Shown here piece by piece: positions 31,337 to 38,749 of a stretch of 39,129 bases of DNA. The notes under the pieces were generated by a model. It searched no databases. It was not told the origin of the DNA and saw only the letters and a list, made by a program, of their open reading frames with translations. Numbering within the stretch: the stretch's first letter is position 1; every line of letters starts with the position of its first letter. The stretch is from Acidobacteriota bacterium. Its GTDB lineage: Bacteria; Acidobacteriota; Vicinamibacteria; Vicinamibacterales; Fen-181. The DNA is taken from contig PMKG01000469.1 of the NCBI GenBank assembly GCA_003157675.1, forward strand, positions 2,262 through 41,390. Reading direction: 5' to 3'. The translations under genes and the position numbers were made by a program.

Positions 31337-33124
31337 GTGGTCAACTCGCTGTTGACCGCCATCGTCCGGGCAGATGGCGACGCACTCGTGATGCACGTCG
31401 GCGAGAAGCCGTACGTGGTGGCGCCTTCGGGGCCCGTCGAGCTATCCTCGCGTCCGCTCACCTTCGAGGCTGTCGCCGGGATGCTGGGGCAGCTGCTGCC
31501 GGCCGACCACCGCCGCGCCCTCGACGAGCTGGGGGCGATCGAGCACGACCTGCCGAAGTCTCCCGTGGCCGGCGGAGAGCGGTTCACCGTGGTGGCGGCC
31601 CGGGGTGGCAACGACATCTGGATCGAAATCCGGCGCCATCGGGCGGCGGGGCCTGGCGAGGCCCGCACGGCCGCGCCGCCTGCGCCGCCTGTTCCGACAG
31701 TCTCGCAGCCTCCCGCCGTCGCACCGACGACCGAAGTCGAAGTGCCGCTCGAGCTCGAAGAGCCCGGCGCGCGGCGCGGCCCCACTGCGCCGCCGCCGTC
31801 CACCTCCCCGCGGCCCGGGCCCGTGTCGCCGACGCCCGTACTGCCTTCGCCTTCGCTGGCTGGCTTTGCCGCGTCGCGCCCGGTCGCGGCGCCCGAGTCG
31901 TCGTTCCCGCACGCGGCCGGGGACCACCGGGCAACGGCCCCGACCGAATCCGTCCCGGCCGTGATTCTGCCGCTGGCCCGCAGCCCCATCCGCGCCGAAG
32001 CCGCGTCGCAGCCCGCGCCGTCGGCGCAGATCGCCGGCCTCGAGCGTCTGCTCCGGCTGGCCACCGCGCGGGGCGCGAACACGCTGTACCTGATGTCCGG
32101 GCTTCGGCCTTCAATCCGCCTCGACGGCGAGATCTCGGCGTTCGACGGGGAGCCGGTGCTGACGGCGCCCGAGGTCGAATCGCTCCTGCTCGACCTGGCG
32201 CCGGAAAGGACGCGCGAAGCGCTCGAGAAGGGGCTCGACACCGAGTGGATGTCCGACGTCCCGAACGTCGGGCGGTTCCGCTGCCAGAGTTTCCGCGACC
32301 ACCGCGGCCCGGGCGGGATGTTCCGCCTGATCTCGTCGCGGCCCGCGACGGTCGAACAGCTCGGGCTGTCGCGCGAGCTCCAGTCGCTCTGCGCCGAGCC
32401 CGAAGGGCTCATCCTCGTCGCCGGCCCGCGGTCGAGCGGCAAGTCGACGCTCATCTCGGCGTTCGTCGACCTCATCAACCGCACGCGCAGCGACTACGTG
32501 GTCACGATCGAGAGCCAGGTGGGATGCGCCCACGAGAGCCGCGGCTGCCTGGTCAGCCAGCGCGAAGTGCGCGGCGACGCCGGCGAGGTCGCGGCCGCGG
32601 TGAGCGCAGCGCTGCGCGAGAACCCCGACGTGCTCGTCATCGAGGACCTCCGGTCGCCGGACGTCGTGGCCCTCGCGCTCGACGCGATGGAGGCGGGCCG
32701 GCTCGTGATCGGCGCCGTGCCGGCGCACACGGCCACCGAGGCGATCGGCCGGATCCTCGACCAGTACCCGGCGGGCCGTCGCGACCGCGTCCAGCTGATG
32801 CTCGCCGAGGGGCTTCGCGGCGTCGTGTCGCAGGTGCTCGTGCGGAAGACCGGCGGCGGCCGCGTTGCCGCGCGCGAGGTGCTGCTGAACACCCCCGCCA
32901 TCGCCACCCTGATCGCCGAGGGTCGGGTCAGCCAGTTGCCGGCGGCGATCGACAGCGGCCGCAAGCTCGGGATGGTGCCGCTCAACGACGCCCTCGCCGC
33001 CTTCGTGCAGAACGGGATCGTCGACGTGAAGGACGCGTATCGGAAGGCGGCCGACCGGCAGGGGTTCCTGGCCGTACTGAAACGCGACGGGGTGGACACG
33101 TCGTTCGTCGAACGTCGCGCGTAG
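31337..33124 (+). CDS. Divergent PilT/GspE-family secretion-type ATPase with a duplicated N-terminal domain and a Pro-rich linker
   Basis: AAGGAG lies 10 nt upstream of GTG 31337. The C-terminal 370 aa align residue by residue with PilT: LYLMSGLRPSIRLDG, VGRFRCQSF, Walker A GPRSSGKST, HESRGCLVSQREV, ALRENPDVLVIEDLRS and GGGRVAAREVLLNTPAI. Confidence 0.8.
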   Translation: MVNSLLTAIVRADGDALVMHVGEKPYVVAPSGPVELSSRPLTFEAVAGMLGQLLPADHRRALDELGAIEHDLPKSPVAGGERFTVVAARGGNDIWIEIRRHRAAGPGEARTAAPPAPPVPTVSQPPAVAPTTEVEVPLELEEPGARRGPTAPPPSTSPRPGPVSPTPVLPSPSLAGFAASRPVAAPESSFPHAAGDHRATAPTESVPAVILPLARSPIRAEAASQPAPSAQIAGLERLLRLATARGANTLYLMSGLRPSIRLDGEISAFDGEPVLTAPEVESLLLDLAPERTREALEKGLDTEWMSDVPNVGRFRCQSFRDHRGPGGMFRLISSRPATVEQLGLSRELQSLCAEPEGLILVAGPRSSGKSTLISAFVDLINRTRSDYVVTIESQVGCAHESRGCLVSQREVRGDAGEVAAAVSAALRENPDVLVIEDLRSPDVVALALDAMEAGRLVIGAVPAHTATEAIGRILDQYPAGRRDRVQLMLAEGLRGVVSQVLVRKTGGGRVAAREVLLNTPAIATLIAEGRVSQLPAAIDSGRKLGMVPLNDALAAFVQNGIVDVKDAYRKAADRQGFLAVLKRDGVDTSFVERRA

Positions 33125-33146
33125 AAGAGGCTCAAGGCTCAGGCAG

Positions 33147-33178
33147 GACCGTGTGTAGGGCGACCCTTCAGGGTTGCC
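33147..33178. repeat. Single copy of the hairpin repeat (GACCGTG + TGTAGGGCGACCCTTCAGGGTTGCC), preceded by two GGCTCAR heptamers (33129-33142)
   Basis: The 25-nt core is identical to the copy at 18936-18960. Confidence 0.85.
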
Positions 33179-33184
33179 TGAACC

Positions 33185-33613
33185 TCAGCGCTCGACGAGC
33201 GGGCCGATGTTCGCCAGCAGGAACGCGAACACGTCTTCGTCGGTGAGACCGTTGATCGGCGCCTCCGCCCTCAGCAGTCCCTCCTTCATCGTCAGATCGC
33301 GCCCGCGCTGCCGGCTCACCCGCGTCGCGACCTGCGGCGGATCGAGCGAGGCGTCGAGCCAGACCTCCATGAAATCGTCGGCGTGCCGCTCGGAGGCGAG
33401 CCGCACGGCGCCCTCCGGCGTGAAGATCGCGAAGGCGTGCCCCTCGGCCTTGGCCACGTTGGCGAACATCCGGAAGACGGGCGTCGCGACGTCGCGGAGA
33501 AACGCCTGGTAGGCGGTCGCCGCCAGGTCGGCCCGCGCGCGCCGTTCCGCCGAGTCCTTCTTGGCTTGTTCGAGCGCGTGCCGCAACTGGCGTCTGATGT
33601 CGGGTATTTCCAT
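33185..33613 (-). CDS. Hypothetical protein (142 aa)
   Basis: ATG start and good GC3 bias. MEIPDIRRQLRHALEQAKKDSAERRARADLAATAYQAFLRDVATPVFRMFANVAKAEGHAF; no family recognised. Confidence 0.5.
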   Translation of the reverse strand: MEIPDIRRQLRHALEQAKKDSAERRARADLAATAYQAFLRDVATPVFRMFANVAKAEGHAFAIFTPEGAVRLASERHADDFMEVWLDASLDPPQVATRVSRQRGRDLTMKEGLLRAEAPINGLTDEDVFAFLLANIGPLVER

Positions 33614-33665
33614 GACGTTTGGAATCGTACAATGGATCGCGTTCCGACACCATGAGGAGGCACGC

Positions 33666-33896
33666 TTGGCGATCGCGGTCTACTCGGGATCACATTGACA
33701 CGCCTGCACGAAGGTGAAGGAGTTTCTTTCACGAGCCGGGCGGGAGTTCACGGTGAAGGACGTCGACGAGGACCCGGCCGCGTTCGCCGAACTGGTCGCG
33801 CTCGGCCTGATGACGATCCCGGTGACGGTCATCGACCACCGGATCGTGCGCGGCTTCGACGAGAAGGCGCTTCGCGAGGCGATCGGGAACCTCTGA
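33666..33896 (+). CDS. Glutaredoxin/NrdH-like thioredoxin-fold protein (76 aa) with an in-frame TGA at the first redox Cys: candidate selenoprotein (U-H-A-C)
   Basis: SD GAGGAGG (33654-33660), a 5-nt spacer, then TTG 33666. The translation is MAIAVYSGSH-[TGA 33696-33698]-HACTKVKEFLSRAGREFTVKDVDEDPAAFAELVALGLMTIPVTVIDHRIVRGFDEKALREAIGNL. This is the canonical Grx-like layout (beta1, CxxC, helix, cis-Pro TIPV, GFD). The track lists only the 60-aa tail from GTG 33714. Confidence 0.6.
33703..33744 (+). promoter_or_regulatory. SECIS-like stem-loop downstream of the in-frame TGA
   Basis: The upper stem is GTGAAGG/CTTTCAC (33714-33720 / 33726-33732; 7 bp including one G.U). The apical loop is AGTTT (33721-33725) and contains GU. 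A possible lower stem is CCTGC/GCGGG (33703-33707 / 33740-33744). The stem starts 15 nt after the TGA. Confidence 0.45.
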
Positions 33897-33900
33897 GCAA

Positions 33901-34974
33901 TCAGCCGCGCCGCGCGAGGGCCACCAGGTCCGCGACCAGCGCGTAAGCCGTCTGCGTCAGTCCTCCGCCGAGCTGCACGACCGAGAACTCGCCGAGCAGG
34001 TCGGTCTCGAGGACGAGCGCGTTCTGCTGGCCCACGAGCGTGGCGAACAGGTGATCGGCCGGCACCTCCTCGACGCCCACCCGGACGCTCACGCCTGCCT
34101 CGCGCCGCTTGCCGCGCGCCACCAGCTTCACCCGCCTGCCGCGGGCCACGGCCTCCTGGACGATCTCGGCCGTGAGGCGGCCGATGCCGGTCCGATCGAC
34201 CTCGCGCGGCGTAATGGTCGCGCCCAGCAGCACGTTGGCGAGCGCGGCCGCCTTGGCCGCCGCGTCCCATCCGTCAACGTCGAGCGAGGCGTCGGCCTCC
34301 GCGATGCCGGCCGCCTGCATTTCGGCCAGCGCTTCGGCGAACGCCTGTCCCCCCTCCATCGCCGTGATGATGAAGTTGGTCGTGCTGTTGACGACGCCCG
34401 AGAAGCCGGAGATATGCACGGCGGGCAGTGTCTCGCGCACGAGGTTGAAGATCGGGATCCCGTCCATCACCGCGCCCTCGAACAGGAACCGGCGGCCGGC
34501 GGCGCGGGCGAGCGCCTCGAGTTCGGCGTAAGCGAAGGCCACCGGCCCCTTGTTGGCGGTGATGACGTGCGCCCCCTCTGAGAGCGCCGCGCGGACGTGA
34601 TCGATCGCCGGCTGACCGGCCGCGACGTCGAGCACCGTCGTTTCGACAACGACCAGGGGACGCGTGCTGCCCGCCGCGCAGGCGGCCTGGCGGATCACGT
34701 CGACGCCAGCGACTGGAGCCGACGACGGGCCGTTGTCGTCTGGCGTCGTGTCGAGCGATGCCAGCGACCCGCCCCGTTCCACGAGGTCCAGCGCGCGAGC
34801 GATGTCGAGGCCGCGCACGTCGCGGGCCACGCCGTGGCGCGCGGTGGCGATGGCGACGACGCGCGGCTCGAGACTGTGGTCGCGCCGAAGCTCCTCTGCG
34901 CGCTCGTCGAGCAGGCGGAGAAAGCGCCGCGCCACATTGCCGAAGCCGATCAGGACGAGGTCGGGACGAAACAT
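33901..34974 (-). CDS. hom: Homoserine dehydrogenase (short form, no ACT domain)
   Basis: The NAD-binding N-terminus is LVLIGFGNVARRF. The catalytic region is GAHVITANKGPVAFAYAELEALARAAGRRFLFEGAVMDGIPIFNLVRE...GFSGVVNSTTNFIIT. Confidence 0.8.
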   Translation of the reverse strand: MFRPDLVLIGFGNVARRFLRLLDERAEELRRDHSLEPRVVAIATARHGVARDVRGLDIARALDLVERGGSLASLDTTPDDNGPSSAPVAGVDVIRQAACAAGSTRPLVVVETTVLDVAAGQPAIDHVRAALSEGAHVITANKGPVAFAYAELEALARAAGRRFLFEGAVMDGIPIFNLVRETLPAVHISGFSGVVNSTTNFIITAMEGGQAFAEALAEMQAAGIAEADASLDVDGWDAAAKAAALANVLLGATITPREVDRTGIGRLTAEIVQEAVARGRRVKLVARGKRREAGVSVRVGVEEVPADHLFATLVGQQNALVLETDLLGEFSVVQLGGGLTQTAYALVADLVALARRG

Positions 34975-34978
34975 AGGC

Positions 34979-36106
34979 TCAAGGCTCAGGGCTCAGGGTG
35001 CGCAGCAGCGACTCGAGCCGTGCCAATCCATCGAACAACTCGTGCGCCGGTCCGCCGAAGCCGATCCTGAGATACCCGTCCATCCCGAACTGGTCGCCCG
35101 GCACGAGGAGCACGCCCTTCTCGACCCGGAGTCTCTCCACGAGCCGGCCGGAGCCAATCGGCCGGTGGAACCTGGCGTAGACGATGGCGCCGGCCTCGGG
35201 GGGAATGAAGGAGAACAGGTCGGCGCGGGCGGCGAGCCACGCCGTGAGCGCCGCGAAGTTGGTGTTGAGGATGCCACGGGTGCGCTGCAGGATCCGCGCG
35301 CGGGTGGCCGGCGCGAGCGCGGCAAGGGCCAGCCGATCGTTGATGGCGCCGGGGGCGATGCTCGTGTAGTCGTGATACGCCCAGGTGCCGGCGACAAACG
35401 ACGGCGGCCCGACGATCCAGCCGATGCGGAGGCCCGGCAGGCCGTAGGCCTTCGACAGGCCGCACGTGACGATCGCCCGCTCGTAGCGTCCCCAGATCGA
35501 CGGCGTCTCGAGGCCGGCGAGCTCGGCGCCGCGGTAGATCTCGTCGGAGATGATCCACGTGCCGTGGCGCGCGGCCTCGCGGCAGATCGCGTCGAGCGTC
35601 GCAGCGTCGAAGCAGGCGCCCGTCGGGTTGTTCGGGTTGCAGATGAGCAGCAGCTTCGTGCGCGACGTCAGCAGCGCGCGGAGGGCCTCGATGTCCGGGC
35701 GCCAGCGGCCGCCCGTCTCGCGAAGCGGCCACGAGCGCACCGACCCGGCGAACGCCTGCGCGATCCCCCAGGTCTGCATGTAGTTGGGCGCCATCATCAC
35801 GACCTCGTCGGCGGGCTCGAGGAGGCTCCAGCAGCTGCAGAAGTTCGCCTCCGATCCGCCGTTGGTGACGTGGACGTGGTCGGGCGTCGCCCCGGGGTAC
35901 ATCGCGGCGATGGCCGTGCGGAGCGGGATCGTGCCGTTGGTCTGCGGGTAGCCAAGCGCGAGGCCGAGCAGGCGCTCACGGTCTTCGGCCCGACCGAGCA
36001 GCTCGCCGACCGTGAGCGGGTGGACGCCGCTCTCCGACAGGTTGATCTCCACCTGGTTCTCCCAGATGGATTGCATGCGCTCCATCTCGAATGGCACGAT
36101 CTTCAC
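34979..36106 (-). CDS. Class I/II pyridoxal-phosphate-dependent aminotransferase
   Basis: GTG 36106 has GGGAGG 6 nt upstream. The sequence reads VKIVPFEMERMQSIWENQVEINLSESGVHPL...LLICNPNNPTG...SDEIYRG...GLSKAYGLPGLRIGWIVGP, with the PLP Lys in SKAYG. The 234 codons upstream in the 609-aa track ORF are rejected. Confidence 0.85.
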   Translation of the reverse strand: MKIVPFEMERMQSIWENQVEINLSESGVHPLTVGELLGRAEDRERLLGLALGYPQTNGTIPLRTAIAAMYPGATPDHVHVTNGGSEANFCSCWSLLEPADEVVMMAPNYMQTWGIAQAFAGSVRSWPLRETGGRWRPDIEALRALLTSRTKLLLICNPNNPTGACFDAATLDAICREAARHGTWIISDEIYRGAELAGLETPSIWGRYERAIVTCGLSKAYGLPGLRIGWIVGPPSFVAGTWAYHDYTSIAPGAINDRLALAALAPATRARILQRTRGILNTNFAALTAWLAARADLFSFIPPEAGAIVYARFHRPIGSGRLVERLRVEKGVLLVPGDQFGMDGYLRIGFGGPAHELFDGLARLESLLRTLSPEP

Positions 36107-36163
36107 GGGCAGCCTCCCGCGCGGCCGTCCGGCCGCATCGCCGTCGCAGTATATGCTACCGCC

Positions 36164-36832
36164 ATGCTGACTTCCGTCGACGCCGTTCTCTTCGATCTCG
36201 ATGGCACCCTGGTCGATACCATCCCGCTGATCGTCGCGTGCTACCAGCACACGCTCCTCGCCCACGTCCCGGGCTACGACCCGGGACGCCGCGTCCTCAT
36301 CGGCAACCTCGGGCGATCGCTCGACGACATCCTGTTCGACTACGCGCAGGCGGCCGGCGTACCCGACCCGACGTCGACCTCGCGGGAGATGCTGCACACC
36401 TACCGGGCGTTCCAGCGAATCCATCTGCCGCTGCTCATCCGCCCCTACGAAGGGATTCGCGAAATGCTCGAGGGGCTTCGCGCACGCGGCCTGACGCTCG
36501 GTGTCGTGACGAGCAAGGTGGAGTGGGCGGCCCGCGAGACGTACGGGCGCTACGGGCTCGCGGAGTTCCTCTCGGTCGAGGTCTTCCACGACGACACCGA
36601 GCGACACAAGCCGGACCCGGAGCCGCTGCTGCACGCGGCCGCGAAGGCCGGGCTCGATGCCGCGCGGACCGTCTACGTCGGCGACGCCGTCCACGACATG
36701 GCGGCCGGCAAGGCGGCGGGGATGCGGACGATCGGGGCGCTGTGGGGGCCGAGCGGGAGGGAAGAGCTTTCGGCCGCCGGCGCCGACGAAGTGGCCGAGA
36801 CGCCACACGATCTGCTTCGCCTCATCGGCTGA
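36164..36832 (+). CDS. HAD-superfamily hydrolase (PpaX/phosphoglycolate-phosphatase-like)
   Basis: The motifs are AVLFDLDGTLVDT, GVVTSK, and KPDPEPLL...VGDAVHDMAAGKAAG. This is only the last 222 aa of the 722-aa track ORF. Confidence 0.8.
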   Translation: MLTSVDAVLFDLDGTLVDTIPLIVACYQHTLLAHVPGYDPGRRVLIGNLGRSLDDILFDYAQAAGVPDPTSTSREMLHTYRAFQRIHLPLLIRPYEGIREMLEGLRARGLTLGVVTSKVEWAARETYGRYGLAEFLSVEVFHDDTERHKPDPEPLLHAAAKAGLDAARTVYVGDAVHDMAAGKAAGMRTIGALWGPSGREELSAAGADEVAETPHDLLRLIG

Positions 36833-36859
36833 TTCCCGGCGGGTCTGACGACCCGCGCT

Positions 36860-36972
36860 GAATCGTGCGATTTTGCGATCTAGGGATCTTGCGATCTGGG
36901 AACCTGGCGACCCTGTGGCCGTGACGCCGCCCGTTCTTCACTTCGCAAGATCGCCAAATCGCCAGATGAGCG
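36860..36972. repeat. Second copy of the GCGATC-rich composite palindrome
   Basis: The left arm is GAATCGTGCGATTTTGCGATCTAGGGATCTTGCGATCTGGGAA. The right arm is CTTCACTTCGCAAGATCGCCAAATCGCCAGATG. Its right end matches ...GCAAGATCGCCAGATG of the copy at 28861-28962. Confidence 0.8.
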
Positions 36973-37005
36973 CGTCGTGCGGCAAATCGCGCTAATATTT
37001 CTCGC

Positions 37006-38172
37006 ATGGTGCAAGAGAGCCGACCAGGCCCGGCCAGTCTCTCGCCCGACGAGATCCGGCGTTACAGCCGCCACCTCGTGCTGCCCGAGGTCGGCCTCGA
37101 AGGCCAGCAGGCCTTCAAGGCGGCGAAGGTGCTCTGCGTGGGCGCCGGCGGCCTCGGGTCCCCGGCCGCCATGTACCTCGCGGCGGCCGGCGTCGGCACC
37201 ATCGGGATCGTCGACTTCGATGTCGTCGACTTCAGCAACCTGCAGCGCCAGCTCCTGCACATGACGCACGACGTCGGCCGGCTGAAGGTCGACTCAGCCC
37301 GCGAACGGCTGATGGCGATCAATCCGGAGGTCCGCGTCGCGACGCACGAGGTCGCGCTCTCGTCGGCCAACGCGCTCGATCTGCTCTCGCGCTACGACGT
37401 GATCGTCGATGGCACCGACAACTTTCCGACGCGGTACCTGGTGAACGACGCCTGCGTGCTGACGCGGCGGCCGTACATCTACGGGAGCGTCTTCCGTTTC
37501 GAAGGGCAGGTGTCGATCTTCGCGACCGCGGGGGGACCCTGCTACCGGTGCCTCTACCCGGAGCCGCCGCCGGCCGGGCTCGTCCCGAGCTGCGCGGAAG
37601 GCGGCGTGCTCGGCGTGCTGCCAGGCATCATCGGGACGATCCAGGCGACCGAGGCGCTCAAGCAGATCCTCGGGGCGGGTGACTCGCTCGCCGGCCGGCT
37701 GCTGATCCTCGACGCGCTCGCCATGAAGTTCCGCGAGGTCCGCGTGCGCCGCGACCCCGAGTGCCCGGTGTGCGGCGACCACCCCACGATCCGCGAGCTC
37801 CAGGACTACGAGCAGTTCTGCGGCACCTCGATCGCCGCCCGGTCGTCTTTGCCCGCGGATTTCGACATTTCACCGGTGGAACTCTCGCACGCGCTCGATT
37901 GCCGCGACGCGCCGCTGCTGCTGGACGTGCGCGAGCCGATGGAATTCAAGATTAATCGACTCCCGAATTCCGTGCTGATCCCGTTCGGCAACCTCCCGGA
38001 CCGCCTGGGCGAAATCGACGCTACCCGGGACGTGGTGGTGTACTGCCATTACGGCATCCGGAGCGTTCGCGCGGTTGAGCTCCTGCGCGCCGCCGGGTTC
38101 CGCGCGAGAAACCTGCACGGAGGCATCGCGGCGTGGATCGACCAGGTCGACCCCACGATGTCCCGCTACTGA
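37006..38172 (+). CDS. moeZ: MoeB/ThiF-type adenylyltransferase with a C-terminal rhodanese domain (MoeZ-type sulfur-carrier activating enzyme)
   Basis: The N-terminal domain reads RYSRHLVLPEVGLEGQQAFKAAKVLCVGAGGLGSPAAMYLAAAGVGTIGIVDFDVVDFSNLQRQ, with CYRC...CPVC Zn motifs. The rhodanese active-site loop is VVYCHYGIRS. Confidence 0.85.
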   Translation: MVQESRPGPASLSPDEIRRYSRHLVLPEVGLEGQQAFKAAKVLCVGAGGLGSPAAMYLAAAGVGTIGIVDFDVVDFSNLQRQLLHMTHDVGRLKVDSARERLMAINPEVRVATHEVALSSANALDLLSRYDVIVDGTDNFPTRYLVNDACVLTRRPYIYGSVFRFEGQVSIFATAGGPCYRCLYPEPPPAGLVPSCAEGGVLGVLPGIIGTIQATEALKQILGAGDSLAGRLLILDALAMKFREVRVRRDPECPVCGDHPTIRELQDYEQFCGTSIAARSSLPADFDISPVELSHALDCRDAPLLLDVREPMEFKINRLPNSVLIPFGNLPDRLGEIDATRDVVVYCHYGIRSVRAVELLRAAGFRARNLHGGIAAWIDQVDPTMSRY

Positions 38173-38185
38173 AGCGCCCGGTCAT

Positions 38186-38233
38186 TTGATCTTCTGGCAG
38201 CAGAGGCATAAAATACGACTTGTGAGGTCGTAT
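38186..38233 (+). promoter_or_regulatory. Candidate sigma-70 promoter with an overlapping palindromic operator upstream of iscR
   Basis: TTGATC (38186-38191), a 17-nt spacer, then TAAAAT (38209-38214). The inverted repeat ATACGAC-N7-GTCGTAT (38213-38233) overlaps the -10 and the expected start site. Its half-sites resemble ATA...GACT / AGTC...TAT of Rrf2/IscR type-1 sites. Confidence 0.4.
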
Positions 38234-38271
38234 ATGTGCCCCGCGCCGTCTCGCGGGGCAGGTCGAGGTTT

Positions 38272-38736
38272 ATGCTCAGGCTGTCGAAAAAAGCCGATTA
38301 CGCACTGATTGCAATGAAGCACCTCGCGCTGCGCGAGGGCCATGGTTCGTCGAGCGCCCGCGAGATCGCCGAGCAGTATTCGATTCCCGTCGAGTTGATG
38401 GCGAAGGTCCTGCAGCGGCTGGCCCGGCGCGGGCTGCTGTCGTCGCAGCAGGGCACGCGCGGCGGGTATCACCTGTCCCGGGATTCGGAGACCATTTCGG
38501 TCGCCGACGTCATCCAGGCCATCGACGGGCCGCTCACGGTCACGGCCTGCTCGGCTCACGACGAGCGTTGCGGGCAGTTTGCGACCTGCAACGTCCGCGA
38601 CCCGCTCTGGAAGATCCGGGAACGCATCGTCACGGCGCTCGCCACCTGCAGCGTGTCGGAGATGGCATCGGAGAGCCCGGTGCCGGCCGTCGCCGCGCAC
38701 GCGTCGCCGCTCTCGAGCCTCCCGGACGCCCGTTAG
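38272..38736 (+). CDS. iscR: Rrf2-family transcriptional regulator (IscR-like, with a three-Cys cluster)
   Basis: [19 protein letters not shown]...[40 protein letters not shown] is the Rrf2 wHTH. The Cys ligand region is [17 protein letters not shown] prefer ATG 38272 over the track start at 38236. Confidence 0.8.
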   Translation: MLRLSKKADYALIAMKHLALREGHGSSSAREIAEQYSIPVELMAKVLQRLARRGLLSSQQGTRGGYHLSRDSETISVADVIQAIDGPLTVTACSAHDERCGQFATCNVRDPLWKIRERIVTALATCSVSEMASESPVPAVAAHASPLSSLPDAR

Positions 38737-38749
38737 GTCAAGTGTCATC

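Noticed and set aside
33714-33896. The 60-aa ORF taken as a stand-alone gene.
   Set aside because: It would encode a thioredoxin-fold fragment lacking beta1 and the redox motif, and it has no SD. The upstream in-frame extension has a perfect SD and restores the full fold, apart from the TGA.
36091-36109. TGGCACG-ATCT-TCAC on the plus strand as a sigma-54 promoter for the HAD gene.
   Set aside because: The -24 half is perfect, but the -12 element lacks the invariant GC (it reads TCAC instead of TTGC). The site also lies inside the aminotransferase coding start.
34664-36163. The first roughly 500 codons of the 722-aa plus-strand ORF 34664..36832.
   Set aside because: They are antisense to hom and the aminotransferase and are Arg-rich. 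Only the last 222 aa, from ATG 36164, form a recognisable HAD hydrolase.
36107-36808. The 5' extension of the 609-aa minus-strand ORF upstream of the aminotransferase.
   Set aside because: It is antisense to the HAD gene. The aminotransferase N-terminus (VKIVPFEMERMQ...) starts at GTG 36106, which has GGGAGG 6 nt upstream.
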